Source: a virus (lineage: Duplodnaviria > Caudoviricetes). From it: a DNA stretch of 64,000 nucleotides. The notes beneath the pieces are model-generated. The model did no database searches. It was not told the DNA's origin and saw only the letters and a list, made by a program, of their open reading frames with translations. Shown here one piece after another: positions 19,269-28,438 of the stretch (within the stretch, counting starts at the first letter, position 1; each line of letters opens with the position of its first letter). The DNA is taken from the IMG/VR virus record IMGVR_UViG_3300023105_003457, positions 1 through 64,000 of that record. The stretch is one strand, 5' to 3'. The position numbers and the translations under genes were made by a program.

Positions 19269-20829
19269 TGTCTCTGTATATTGTCCTTTTTAAATACTCA
19301 TAAAGAGTATTACAATTTGCTACTGCGTGTTTCCATTCTTCTTTTCTAGATTCTAAATGCTCTACAATATCATCTATTTCTTCTTCTGTTAAAGGATCTA
19401 TATCTAGTTTTTCTGTAATGCGATCAATTGGATTCCAATTCAAACCAACTGCAATACAATGCGGACCACCTGCAGGTTGAAACTCGTTGTTGCTCATTCT
19501 ATCCATTGCAAGATATCTCATACCCGAACTAACAGTAATGTGAGGATTGAGCAACTCCCAATCATAATCTTTGTTAACAAGGTCACGCCAATACTTTGTA
19601 TCATTCCTTGCTGAAAGAGCATAATGTAATATAACAAAGTGTGTAAACTCTGTAAACATTTTAGTAGTTCGTAAATTAAACACACCTTTATCAAACTCAG
19701 TTGCTACAATGTCTGTGTTTTCTTCGCGTTGTAGAATACGCATAAGTTCAATAAGATATTCGTGAACAGCAAACAATCCATTAGATTCTAAAGGTTCAAT
19801 AAACCCTGCACTTAGTCCAATTGCTACAACATTCTTTACCCACATCTTTTCATGTAGGCCTGTTTTCATTTTAATGTCTTTGTAGTTTAATGTTTCTGGA
19901 TCGTATCCTAGTTCTTTAAGATGTTCTTTAACTTCTTGTAGTGCTTCTTCTGGTGTTGCGTGTTTATCACTATAAACATAGCCTTTGCCAATCCTACTCC
20001 ATAGAGGCGTGTCCCATACCCAACCATTGCCTAATGCTGTACAAGTTGTATATGGACGCATTTGTTCTTCCTTGTTTAGATAAGGAACTTGAACTGCCCA
20101 CGCTCTGTTATTAGGTAAGTGTTCTTCATATGAATGAAACGGAACATCAAACTCGCTTAACAGTCTACTTCTAAATCCTGTACAATCTACAAACAAATCT
20201 GCTTCAACAAGACTATTGTTTTCTAATACTAGATGTTTAATACCGTTATTGTCTTTTACAATTTCTTTTACTTCTTGTTGTACGTGTTTCACTCCGTCAG
20301 GTAGACAGATGTTGTCACGCAACCAAATACCAAATTTAACAGCATCAAAATGATAGGCTGTATTTTTTCCGTAGCGATAACTTGGCAACCGTAAGTCTGT
20401 ATTCTTATCAAACTTGTTTTCATTTATGAGTGCCATTACACTAAAGAAACTATCTGCGTAATCACTTGTTGGAGATTTATCTCTATAGATTTGTTTGATG
20501 TGCCAGTCGTTAAGACCAAAACGTGTTCCGTTTAAATCAGGATCGCTAAAAGGATAATGAAAGCCATTGTCGCCTTTCTTATAAAAGTTTTCAAACTTAA
20601 TACTTAACTTGTAGGTTGCATCTGTATCACGCATAAAGTCTTTATCTTTAATACCAATAAGACGCATCCAAGTGTTAATAGATTGTAATGTACTTTCACC
20701 CACACCACTAATAGGAATGTTTGGTGATTCAATCAAGGTGATATCCCATGATGGGAAACATCTAATAAAGGTAGAGGCGGTCATCCATCCTGCGGAACCG
20801 CCTCCTACTATTACAACCTTTTTACTCAC
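19261..20829 (-). CDS. tryptophan halogenase-family flavin-dependent halogenase
   Basis: GGGSAG, GVGEST, ATYKLSIKF, GWVWDTP, FIEPLES; tandem paralog of 17691..19268. Confidence 0.9.
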   Translation of the reverse strand: MSKKVVIVGGGSAGWMTASTFIRCFPSWDITLIESPNIPISGVGESTLQSINTWMRLIGIKDKDFMRDTDATYKLSIKFENFYKKGDNGFHYPFSDPDLNGTRFGLNDWHIKQIYRDKSPTSDYADSFFSVMALINENKFDKNTDLRLPSYRYGKNTAYHFDAVKFGIWLRDNICLPDGVKHVQQEVKEIVKDNNGIKHLVLENNSLVEADLFVDCTGFRSRLLSEFDVPFHSYEEHLPNNRAWAVQVPYLNKEEQMRPYTTCTALGNGWVWDTPLWSRIGKGYVYSDKHATPEEALQEVKEHLKELGYDPETLNYKDIKMKTGLHEKMWVKNVVAIGLSAGFIEPLESNGLFAVHEYLIELMRILQREENTDIVATEFDKGVFNLRTTKMFTEFTHFVILHYALSARNDTKYWRDLVNKDYDWELLNPHITVSSGMRYLAMDRMSNNEFQPAGGPHCIAVGLNWNPIDRITEKLDIDPLTEEEIDDIVEHLESRKEEWKHAVANCNTLYEYLKRTIYRDNA

Positions 20830-21137
20830 TACTCGTCCCCTAGAAAGAAGTACTTAATCTTTTTCCAGTTGTTGGCTGTTTGGTCTTTTCCTTTTGCCCA
20901 CTGTTCTGCTTGGTACTCTTTTGTTTCTTCTACAAAAGTGTTTATCGCATCGGGCCTTGAAGCAATCCATTCTTGAACGGAATTTGCTTTAGACTTTAAC
21001 TGTAAACTAAAAGGTTTTTCTTTTGGTACAATTTGATTAGTACCATTTGCTAATACTCCTGTTGTTGATACTGCTATTGCAAACAATAGTGTAATTACTA
21101 TAAGAGCATAAAACATTAGTTTATTGCTATTCATCAT
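20829..21137 (-). CDS. exported hypothetical protein
   Basis: N-terminal signal-like hydrophobic stretch ending VLA. Confidence 0.65.
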   Translation of the reverse strand: MMNSNKLMFYALIVITLLFAIAVSTTGVLANGTNQIVPKEKPFSLQLKSKANSVQEWIASRPDAINTFVEETKEYQAEQWAKGKDQTANNWKKIKYFFLGDE

Positions 21138-21339
21138 CTTTACCTCCTTCCAACTTGGTATATGAACTTTTATCTCGTGAAATCAAAAAACAATCTGCTT
21201 GTATTTGATCTATGAGTGCTTGTATTTCTAAATCTCTACCTTTTGATTTAGGTGTGTCGTATTTTAATGCTCTAAGTTTATCAGCATCTGTTTTAATGCT
21301 GTCTATCTTATCACAAAACTCACTTATCCTATGAAGCAT
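21127..21339 (-). CDS. hypothetical protein
   Basis: coupled ORF downstream of ligase. Confidence 0.65.
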   Translation of the reverse strand: MLHRISEFCDKIDSIKTDADKLRALKYDTPKSKGRDLEIQALIDQIQADCFLISRDKSSYTKLEGGKDDE

Positions 21340-22673
21340 TATATCTTCTCTCCTTCCTCAAATCCTCTAAATGTTTTAAATCTAGGAAAACGTAAACTGT
21401 AAGTTCCGTCCTGATTTTGTGTAATAGCATCTGCTCTTACTTCAACAATGTTCCCAGGAATCCTGCTACGATCATTCCAAAAATTATCACGATCGCTGTC
21501 GCTAAACCCACTACCAACATTAACCTTGATAGCCTTCCCATCATCGACGCCTTCACAAATGAATGCACCCAAACGTCCTTCATTTCGTCCTGTTCCTTCT
21601 TCAACATCTTTTACCTCTAGTGAAACCTCAATAAATGGTTTCTGTTTTAACCAAGCGGTCGAACGTTTGCATTCGTACTTGGCTTTAGGATCTTTGATCA
21701 TAATGCCCTCATAGCCTTGATCAATAGCCTCTTTGTTAAACTGTTTAAATTGTTCTTGTCCTTCTTGAGTGTCTAGGTCAACTTCAGTTTTAGGAATGAC
21801 TTGAATATTTTCAAAACCATCAAACATCTTGCAATATTCTTGTAGAAACACATGGCGCTGACGTTGGTTGAGAACTGACTTGCCCTGTTTGAATTCACTC
21901 AACGGTATTATATCAAACAGTTGCAGTACGGCATCGTCGGCTTGCACATCACTCTTTCTATGTACTTGTTTCATCAAGTCTTGGAAAGAGTTAGATACTA
22001 TTTCGCCATCAAGCACCATTGCTCTAGAGCCAAAGTCTATGGCTCTTTGTTTTATAAATTGGGTTATCTTGGTGAAGTTCTGCAACGTCTTGCCGTTTCT
22101 AGTATACTGCGACACGACCTCTCCCATACCACAGTCTACGACTGTGAGAACTCTAACACCATCAAGTTTTTTATCCAGGCATACTGTCCCACTCACTTTC
22201 TTTTGATGTTTTGCTGAATCATGTGCCAACATACACTCAAATACGGGCACCTTGTATTCGTCTTTGTTTTGTTTCTTTGCTACATTGTTTACGGTCTTTT
22301 CACTTACTCCACAACGTAGATCCTTAATAAGAATACGTCTGTACCAATCATTCCATTGTTCTTCTGTTGCTGTCTGCATTGCTAAAGTGATAGCATCTTG
22401 AGCGGCATGACCAGTTAACTCTCTAGAGTTTAATTGTTGTGCTAGTTGAGTGAATACCGGCCATGCCAAACCTTGTCCTACTTTGCCTTCTAAGTCTTCG
22501 CGAACAGGAACTTGTTTAACACCAAACGTATAAAGTTTGTCTAATGCCATGCGAACACCTTCAAAGAACTCGTCGAGTCCTTCGTCCATTGCTTGTGCAA
22601 GGATTGCTTCTTTGTCTAAGCGACCATTGTGTAATTCTAATGATCTAATAATTGCGTCTGGTTGTGTTCTCAT
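21339..22673 (-). CDS. lig: ATP-dependent DNA ligase
   Basis: KLDGVR (motif I), LDGEI, EGIMIK, WLKQK, OB domain VGSGFSD, SLRFPRF. Confidence 0.95.
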   Translation of the reverse strand: MRTQPDAIIRSLELHNGRLDKEAILAQAMDEGLDEFFEGVRMALDKLYTFGVKQVPVREDLEGKVGQGLAWPVFTQLAQQLNSRELTGHAAQDAITLAMQTATEEQWNDWYRRILIKDLRCGVSEKTVNNVAKKQNKDEYKVPVFECMLAHDSAKHQKKVSGTVCLDKKLDGVRVLTVVDCGMGEVVSQYTRNGKTLQNFTKITQFIKQRAIDFGSRAMVLDGEIVSNSFQDLMKQVHRKSDVQADDAVLQLFDIIPLSEFKQGKSVLNQRQRHVFLQEYCKMFDGFENIQVIPKTEVDLDTQEGQEQFKQFNKEAIDQGYEGIMIKDPKAKYECKRSTAWLKQKPFIEVSLEVKDVEEGTGRNEGRLGAFICEGVDDGKAIKVNVGSGFSDSDRDNFWNDRSRIPGNIVEVRADAITQNQDGTYSLRFPRFKTFRGFEEGEKI

Positions 22674-22861
22674 ACATCTTCCTCGTCATATTCTAAAAAT
22701 TCTATTTCACCATCATCACGTTCTCGCACTCTAATATATCTTCGTGCAATAAGATCGTCTAGTGTTGCTGTCACAATTTTTACAGTTGATACCTTTGCTC
22801 CTACAAATAAACCAAATAACGTTCCAACAACATATGATAATAAAATAAAAGTATTTTCCAT
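22670..22861 (-). CDS. small membrane protein
   Basis: N-terminal TM, coupled ORF. Confidence 0.6.
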   Translation of the reverse strand: MENTFILLSYVVGTLFGLFVGAKVSTVKIVTATLDDLIARRYIRVRERDDGEIEFLEYDEEDV

Positions 22862-23176
22862 TTAAATTCCTTTGTAGTGTTCAATAACAGTATTCAAATC
22901 AGTATAACTTACAACAGCACTCTTGTCACCTAAGTTCTTTAGTGTCACAGGATGTGCGGTGTTAATAAACATTGGACCATCAAGTTCATGTGTATTAATA
23001 AGTTTTTCAGGATCTAGTTTATCAAACCAATATACAACAACACGTTCATCTGTTATGTTTTCAACAAATGCACAACTACCTTCACTAAGATCTTTTTGAT
23101 CTATAAATGAAAGTTTAGTTTCTAATTCTATTTCGTCAGGTTGAATAAATTCTTTAGATCCTTTACACCAAAACAT
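22862..23176 (-). CDS. hypothetical protein
   Basis: coupled ORF. Confidence 0.65.
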   Translation of the reverse strand: MFWCKGSKEFIQPDEIELETKLSFIDQKDLSEGSCAFVENITDERVVVYWFDKLDPEKLINTHELDGPMFINTAHPVTLKNLGDKSAVVSYTDLNTVIEHYKGI

Positions 23177-23466
23177 TATGCTACTACCTCTGGTGTAAAT
23201 GTGTTGTCTTTATAAAACGGTTTAGGTACAACATCAAATGCATATTGGTCCCAAGGTTCACTGTCTGTTGCATCAAGTTTAGAAATTTTAACTTCGAAGT
23301 CATTGTTAATAACTTCTTCAACACCTTCTTTAATAAGTCTAACATCATTAAGATCGTTTGTGTCTGCCCACAGTGTACCATATTCCCACCAAATAGTTGG
23401 CTTTTGAATATCAGCCTGTGTAAATTTAACGTCAATGTTATTAAGTGTTCTAGTTTCTAAACCCAT
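23176..23466 (-). CDS. hypothetical protein
   Basis: AAGGAGG SD. Confidence 0.7.
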   Translation of the reverse strand: MGLETRTLNNIDVKFTQADIQKPTIWWEYGTLWADTNDLNDVRLIKEGVEEVINNDFEVKISKLDATDSEPWDQYAFDVVPKPFYKDNTFTPEVVA

Positions 23467-23649
23467 AATGTGTGCCTCCTTGGTGCCTGTATATTAGTGC
23501 TAGTTTTTCTTTTTGGAGTTTAAAACTAGCAAAACATTAACTCGCGGCATTTTAGGCCTCTCTTATAAAGCGATAGATCTAAGATCCGTTGCCAAGGACG
23601 CAAATGTCCTTCTCGCTATATATACTTGTTTATAACAAATATAATATTA

Positions 23650-23678
23650 GTATAGCAGGTTTTACCTATTTGTCAAGT
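23650..23678 (-). promoter_or_regulatory. sigma70-type promoter for ligase operon
   Basis: minus strand TTGACA-N16-TATACT. Confidence 0.6.
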
Positions 23679-23689
23679 ATCTTTTTAAA

Positions 23690-24259
23690 TTATTTTTGCT
23701 CAATTTGTCCAAAATCTTCTTGGTCTCCAAACACATCAAAAGGCATTATAACTCGTGGTTCTTTACTTAGGTTATTCGACACCTCATGCTGTAAAAAACT
23801 AGGAAATAATAGTAGGTCTCCTGTTTTTGGTTTGTATGTTTTTGGACTAAAGTATCTCTGCAATTCGTTTGGATAACCTCGTTGAGCATTTACACGAGGA
23901 TCATGAAATCGTATTTCACCTGAATTACAATAGACATAGAATACACCACTTAGCAAACTGCCTTGGTGTTGATGTATTCCTATGTTTTGATGATTAGTTG
24001 CAAATGCTTTTATAAAATGTTTTGGAAAACATCCAAATGTTTGTCCAAACATTGTGCTTACATTTTGTTTTATAAAAATATTTGCTCTTGTGAATAATGG
24101 GTTTTTGTGTTCTGGATCTGTAAAAATATCTTTTTGAGCAAAACTGTTAGGCCACTCATCACTATATGTTGAAATTAGATATTGGAATAATTCTTCGCAA
24201 TAGTAATTGTCATCAATATTTGTATGAAGTATATGAGTAGGCCATACAGTTTCAATCAT
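23690..24259 (-). CDS. putative 2OG-Fe(II) oxygenase (TIGR02466-like)
   Basis: HQH...SGVFYV...SGEI.F.DPR...FPSFLQHEV...R. Confidence 0.8.
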   Translation of the reverse strand: MIETVWPTHILHTNIDDNYYCEELFQYLISTYSDEWPNSFAQKDIFTDPEHKNPLFTRANIFIKQNVSTMFGQTFGCFPKHFIKAFATNHQNIGIHQHQGSLLSGVFYVYCNSGEIRFHDPRVNAQRGYPNELQRYFSPKTYKPKTGDLLLFPSFLQHEVSNNLSKEPRVIMPFDVFGDQEDFGQIEQK

Positions 24260-24260
24260 A

Positions 24261-24437
24261 TTACATAGAGTTTTTCTTGTCTTGGATCTCTTTACGTCTT
24301 ACTTTTGTAAGTTTACCAAGGTCGTTTAACGCCGCTCTTGCTCTAGTTGCCGCCGCTTTAACACCCTTAGTTTCAAATGCTTCTGATTCTGCTAGGTATT
24401 TGTCTACTGCCGCTTTGATTTCATCATGTGTTGCCAT
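24261..24437 (-). CDS. histone H1-like Hc1-family small basic protein (58 aa, not in ORF track)
   Basis: MATHDEIKAAVDKYLAESEAFETKGVKAAATRARAALNDLGKLTKVRRKE; KG.KAA.TRAR..L pattern; AAGGAG SD. Confidence 0.7.
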   Translation of the reverse strand: MATHDEIKAAVDKYLAESEAFETKGVKAAATRARAALNDLGKLTKVRRKEIQDKKNSM

Positions 24438-24472
24438 GTTGTTTTTCTCCTTTGTTTAAAGTAGTTGTATTT

Positions 24473-24498
24473 AGGCCCCATAGTGTTTACGGGGCCTT
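24473..24498 (-). terminator. hairpin after porin gene
   Basis: AGGCCCC...GGGGCCT inverted repeat. Confidence 0.5.
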
Positions 24499-24507
24499 AA
24501 ATGTGGT

Positions 24508-25596
24508 TTAGAACTTGTATCGAATTGATCCAATTACTTGCTGTCCATAATCAGTATGGGCACCAGTATAAACGGATGTTTGTTCTTTGTCATGCAAATA
24601 TAATCCTAATTCCAAACCGTCTTGTTTATCTGGACGTTTAGTAGGATCATAGTTGTTATAAATGTTATGAACAATTCCATAATAGTTTCCATCATAACCT
24701 AAGTCATCATTCTCAGTTCTGTGTGCTGTGACATAAGTTGCTTTGTTAATGTTATACATTACTCCGTAATCAATTCTATCGTCACTTGCTAGGCCTGTGT
24801 TTTTGTCGTCCCAAATTTCAACACCCCAAAGCATTGGGATATTAAATCTGTGTAAACTTCCACCAATTGCCCAACCTTCTTGGTCTTCTTTAGCAGTTTC
24901 TTCAGGACCTGAAATACGCATATATGATAAGTCTGCATAACCCATTAGGCTAACTGTACCTGTTGCGTAGCCAACATTGCCGTCATTATCATAACCAAGG
25001 GCAACACCCCATGGCATTTCTTTTTTTAGTCTATAAGAATCAAAATCAAATTCGTTATCGTATTGCCAGCCACCAAATGCTAACACAGTTTTTTCTCTGT
25101 GATCAATACGATAGTTTGTTTCTGTAAAAATAAGTGGAGCACTAATTTTAGGAGTCTTTGCAAATCCCATTCTTTGTGCATCTGTTTCACCAATGTACCA
25201 TCTTGCTACATCATTACCAAAACCTATTTGTTTTTCTACAAGTGTATTGTCTTGTGTATGATCTAATTCATAATAAGAATCATATACACCAGAAGCACCA
25301 ATCCAATCTATACCTAACACTTCTTGCTTTAGATTTGTTGATAGACCAAATTGTAATTCGCCTCTTGAATCCCAACCGGAGTCGTAAGTCTTATCATCAT
25401 ATCGCCCCTCAACTTCACCGTTAATAAAGAAGCCTTCTGGAATGTCATATGATGACGTTTTGTTTTCTAAGTTTGAAACTCGTTGCTCCAAAGTTAGATC
25501 TTCTGCATTTGCTTTTGTTGTTAATATTAAAAGTGCGAAAGCAATTAAAACAATAAACAATCCTCCAAACGCAGTTTTAGTATGATTTATTTTCAT
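24508..25596 (-). CDS. porin-like outer-membrane beta-barrel protein
   Basis: signal peptide (ANA-E), short coiled coil LEQRVSNLE, Gly/aromatic-rich strands, C-terminal IGSIRYKF (BamA signal). Confidence 0.75.
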   Translation of the reverse strand: MKINHTKTAFGGLFIVLIAFALLILTTKANAEDLTLEQRVSNLENKTSSYDIPEGFFINGEVEGRYDDKTYDSGWDSRGELQFGLSTNLKQEVLGIDWIGASGVYDSYYELDHTQDNTLVEKQIGFGNDVARWYIGETDAQRMGFAKTPKISAPLIFTETNYRIDHREKTVLAFGGWQYDNEFDFDSYRLKKEMPWGVALGYDNDGNVGYATGTVSLMGYADLSYMRISGPEETAKEDQEGWAIGGSLHRFNIPMLWGVEIWDDKNTGLASDDRIDYGVMYNINKATYVTAHRTENDDLGYDGNYYGIVHNIYNNYDPTKRPDKQDGLELGLYLHDKEQTSVYTGAHTDYGQQVIGSIRYKF

Positions 25597-25691
25597 TCAT
25601 TTTTCCTTTATTCTAAATACGAAAAAAGACCCGGAGGCCTTTTTACTAAGAATATTTATTGTGTTGCACTATAAGAGTGCATTAAACGTGG

Positions 25692-26354
25692 TTATGCAAA
25701 CTCAAACCAACTGGTGATGATAAACTTGTTGTTTGATAAAGGCGGATTGCCTCTGTGAGTATGTGTAAACTCACTTGGCCAAATAATTGCTGTTCCTTTG
25801 GTAGGTTTGTATCTTAAACTTTGATATAAGAATTCTGTTTCGCCACCATTTTGAACATCATTAAGATAGACCATGCATACCAATTTACGATAGCAAGTAA
25901 GGTTGCTACCACTTTCTAAATGCCAAGTATGAAATCCTCCACCCACTTTAGTTTCTTGAATCCTTGTACTCATGATCTTCATAGGTTGAACAGTTTGAAG
26001 TATACTGTATTTGGTCATATAGTCATTAAGACAATGATCCATGCCCATATTAAAACCATTGTTTACGAAACTATTTCTAGTTCTTGCAGAGTGGTCCCAT
26101 TCTTCAGTTGGAAGATAACTTTCGTCGTCTTGTGAATGTTTTGCGTGTTGTTGAAACTGCCTATTAAACGTAAGACCGTTTGCTTTTAGATAACTGAAGT
26201 GATCAACAACAGCATCACACCAATCATTATCAAACACACCTGTGTATGTTCCTATAAAATCCTGATACTCACTTGCAAAGTTTGGAAAAGGATTTTGCGG
26301 ATTACGCATATCAGCGCCAGATTGATGTCCTAGTGGTAAGTTGTTTTCTTGCAT
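25692..26354 (-). CDS. 2OG-Fe(II) oxygenase (prolyl 4-hydroxylase-like)
   Basis: FHTWHLE, YLNDV..GGETEFLYQ, FTHTHRGNPP, K.I.TSW. Confidence 0.88.
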   Translation of the reverse strand: MQENNLPLGHQSGADMRNPQNPFPNFASEYQDFIGTYTGVFDNDWCDAVVDHFSYLKANGLTFNRQFQQHAKHSQDDESYLPTEEWDHSARTRNSFVNNGFNMGMDHCLNDYMTKYSILQTVQPMKIMSTRIQETKVGGGFHTWHLESGSNLTCYRKLVCMVYLNDVQNGGETEFLYQSLRYKPTKGTAIIWPSEFTHTHRGNPPLSNNKFIITSWFEFA

Positions 26355-26362
26355 AAGTGTAT

Positions 26363-26596
26363 TTAATGATAGCGTTGATCTATGATTTCGTAATCTGAAT
26401 AGTCAGGATGATCATAAAAATAATTTAATCCTCCTTCGGCTTCATTAACACAGACTGCATCGAACGTGCCGGTTTGATGTTGTAGACTGACTTCGCTAGC
26501 CATACAACTATCTAATGTTTCGTGATAATCGTTGGTCACAACCATTATAGGATTGCTATTGAACGACATAACGAAGTAAACTAATATCCATTTCAT
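26363..26596 (-). CDS. small exported hypothetical protein
   Basis: MKWILVYFV.. hydrophobic start and Cys pair; promoter-like TTGACA upstream. Confidence 0.5.
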   Translation of the reverse strand: MKWILVYFVMSFNSNPIMVVTNDYHETLDSCMASEVSLQHQTGTFDAVCVNEAEGGLNYFYDHPDYSDYEIIDQRYH

Positions 26597-26630
26597 ACTA
26601 CTAATATAGCACAAATAGATTATTTGTCAA

Positions 26631-27560
26631 CTAATTTAATTTAAGTTGTTGTCCAATTTGAATATTGTTTGAAGCAAGGTTGTTTAAAGATTTAATTGAA
26701 TCTACATCTGTTTTATACTGTTGAGCAATGCTGTAAAGAGTTTCACCTTTTGCAACAGTGTGCATTTTTGGTTCTTCTTTTGTAGGCGTTGCCTTTGCAG
26801 TTCTAAATGCTTTTGAAGGTATTTTTGGATTGCCTGCTGTAATACTGTCTGCTTTGTGAAACTTTTTATGGTTCCAAGCATCAGCAAAATCTCTAAGTCC
26901 GGAACCAGGCTCTATAATTTGTAGTTTTCGTTTAATAGTATCAGTCATTGCTTTTGTAAGCATATCAATTGACGTGACGTGTTCCCACTTTTTAAAGTCA
27001 AAGTTAGCACCAGACACATATTTCTTTACATCTTTGACATAGGTGTTTGGCTCTACTTGTCCTGGACCAATACCAAAATCTAAACCACCTGTGTAGTTCC
27101 AATAAGAAGCATAAGCACTAGACCATTCGCCACCAGTACTTGCATTCTCTATCATTCTTACAACATCATAAAGTTGTTTAGGAAGTGTAGGATCATAGTT
27201 GCTTTTTACTCTTGAAGAAATGTATGCGTCATTAAACTTGTCTTGGTTCTGTTGGAACAGTCTAACAGTTGCTACATCAAATATTCCTGTAGGTCTTGCA
27301 CCACATTCTCTTTGCATTATTCCTACAAATGTTAAGAAAGCAATTCTACTAGAACCAATATTAGATCTTAATATACCTGCACGATATCCTGCCATTTGCT
27401 GTTTCATTTTAGTATGAAAAAGGCTACGTGCTGTTTTGTGATGACCACCTGGATCGTTTCTAAATTGTTTTCTAGGATCAGTAATCTTAGGAGATTGTTT
27501 TAGATGAGCAATGATGCTATCAAACACATCTTCAGTAATCATTACTTCATTAATCTTCAT
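26631..27560 (-). CDS. LysM-domain protein, putative murein hydrolase / internal virion protein
   Basis: C-terminal LysM (HTVAKGETLYSIAQQY...LNNL....IQIGQQL); PTGIFD..T peptidoglycan-binding-like segment. Confidence 0.75.
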   Translation of the reverse strand: MKINEVMITEDVFDSIIAHLKQSPKITDPRKQFRNDPGGHHKTARSLFHTKMKQQMAGYRAGILRSNIGSSRIAFLTFVGIMQRECGARPTGIFDVATVRLFQQNQDKFNDAYISSRVKSNYDPTLPKQLYDVVRMIENASTGGEWSSAYASYWNYTGGLDFGIGPGQVEPNTYVKDVKKYVSGANFDFKKWEHVTSIDMLTKAMTDTIKRKLQIIEPGSGLRDFADAWNHKKFHKADSITAGNPKIPSKAFRTAKATPTKEEPKMHTVAKGETLYSIAQQYKTDVDSIKSLNNLASNNIQIGQQLKLN

Positions 27561-28435
27561 GCAGTCATTGTTCCTTTATTGCTATTAGGATTATAATTAT
27601 CTATGTCTTGTATAGTACCAATTCTGACACCATATACTCTTTTGATTACATCTTGTAAACTCTTTGGCAAATCATCTGGAACAGGATGTGACCTTATCCA
27701 TTTATAAACTTTTGCATCTACTGCTTGATATCTTTTGTGAAAATATTGAGGACCTTTTCCTAAGAACCAACGTTTAATCCATATTTCGGTTGCTGTCGGA
27801 GATGTTTTATTTGTATACTCTTTACCATCTTCATCTTTTATACGAGTAAATTCAATTGTTTTTCCAATCTTATCTGCTTGATATTGTTGTGAGTAAATTA
27901 ATGCGTGTTCAACTTCTTTAGAAAACTTTGGAAGAATTCCTAGTTTGGCCGCAATGTTAAATCCTCTATGTCTGTATTCATGTGCAATAGTCACAAATTT
28001 TTCTAGTTCATTTATATTAGAATCTGAAATCTCTTCTGCAACATTCATTAGATCCTGTGAGTAATCGTCTGCGTTAATATAAATCCTTGCTTCATCGTAT
28101 TCTTGTGTTGATGACGGCATACTCTTATACCAACCTTCATCATCTTTTTCTGTACTAAACACAACACCTGCCATCTTGTTATAACTTTTCTTAGCAGGAA
28201 GTTCAACACCCGACAACGTCACAGGTACTGGTAGTCTTCTTGGATCTCCCATGATACCTAAAAGCACAATACCATCAACTGCTTTTTCAATACTTTGATT
28301 TGTCCAACACCAACGTGCTAACCATAACTTGTTCCAAGCAATCTTATCACCAGGTACTTCGGTTTCAGTACTAGGCCCTGTTGGCGGTGGAATAAACTGT
28401 ACACCCATTCTTTCTGTAAGTTCTTGAATCTTCAT
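27557..28435 (-). CDS. putative zinc metallopeptidase-like internal protein
   Basis: TIAHEYRH (HExxH) with downstream EH; MKIQELTE N-terminus. Confidence 0.55.
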   Translation of the reverse strand: MKIQELTERMGVQFIPPPTGPSTETEVPGDKIAWNKLWLARWCWTNQSIEKAVDGIVLLGIMGDPRRLPVPVTLSGVELPAKKSYNKMAGVVFSTEKDDEGWYKSMPSSTQEYDEARIYINADDYSQDLMNVAEEISDSNINELEKFVTIAHEYRHRGFNIAAKLGILPKFSKEVEHALIYSQQYQADKIGKTIEFTRIKDEDGKEYTNKTSPTATEIWIKRWFLGKGPQYFHKRYQAVDAKVYKWIRSHPVPDDLPKSLQDVIKRVYGVRIGTIQDIDNYNPNSNKGTMTA

Positions 28436-28438
28436 GTT

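Noticed and set aside
21417-22865. Plus-strand ORFs opposite the ligase, and similar shadow ORFs elsewhere
   Set aside because: Antisense to well-supported genes, Ser/Leu-rich with no motifs.
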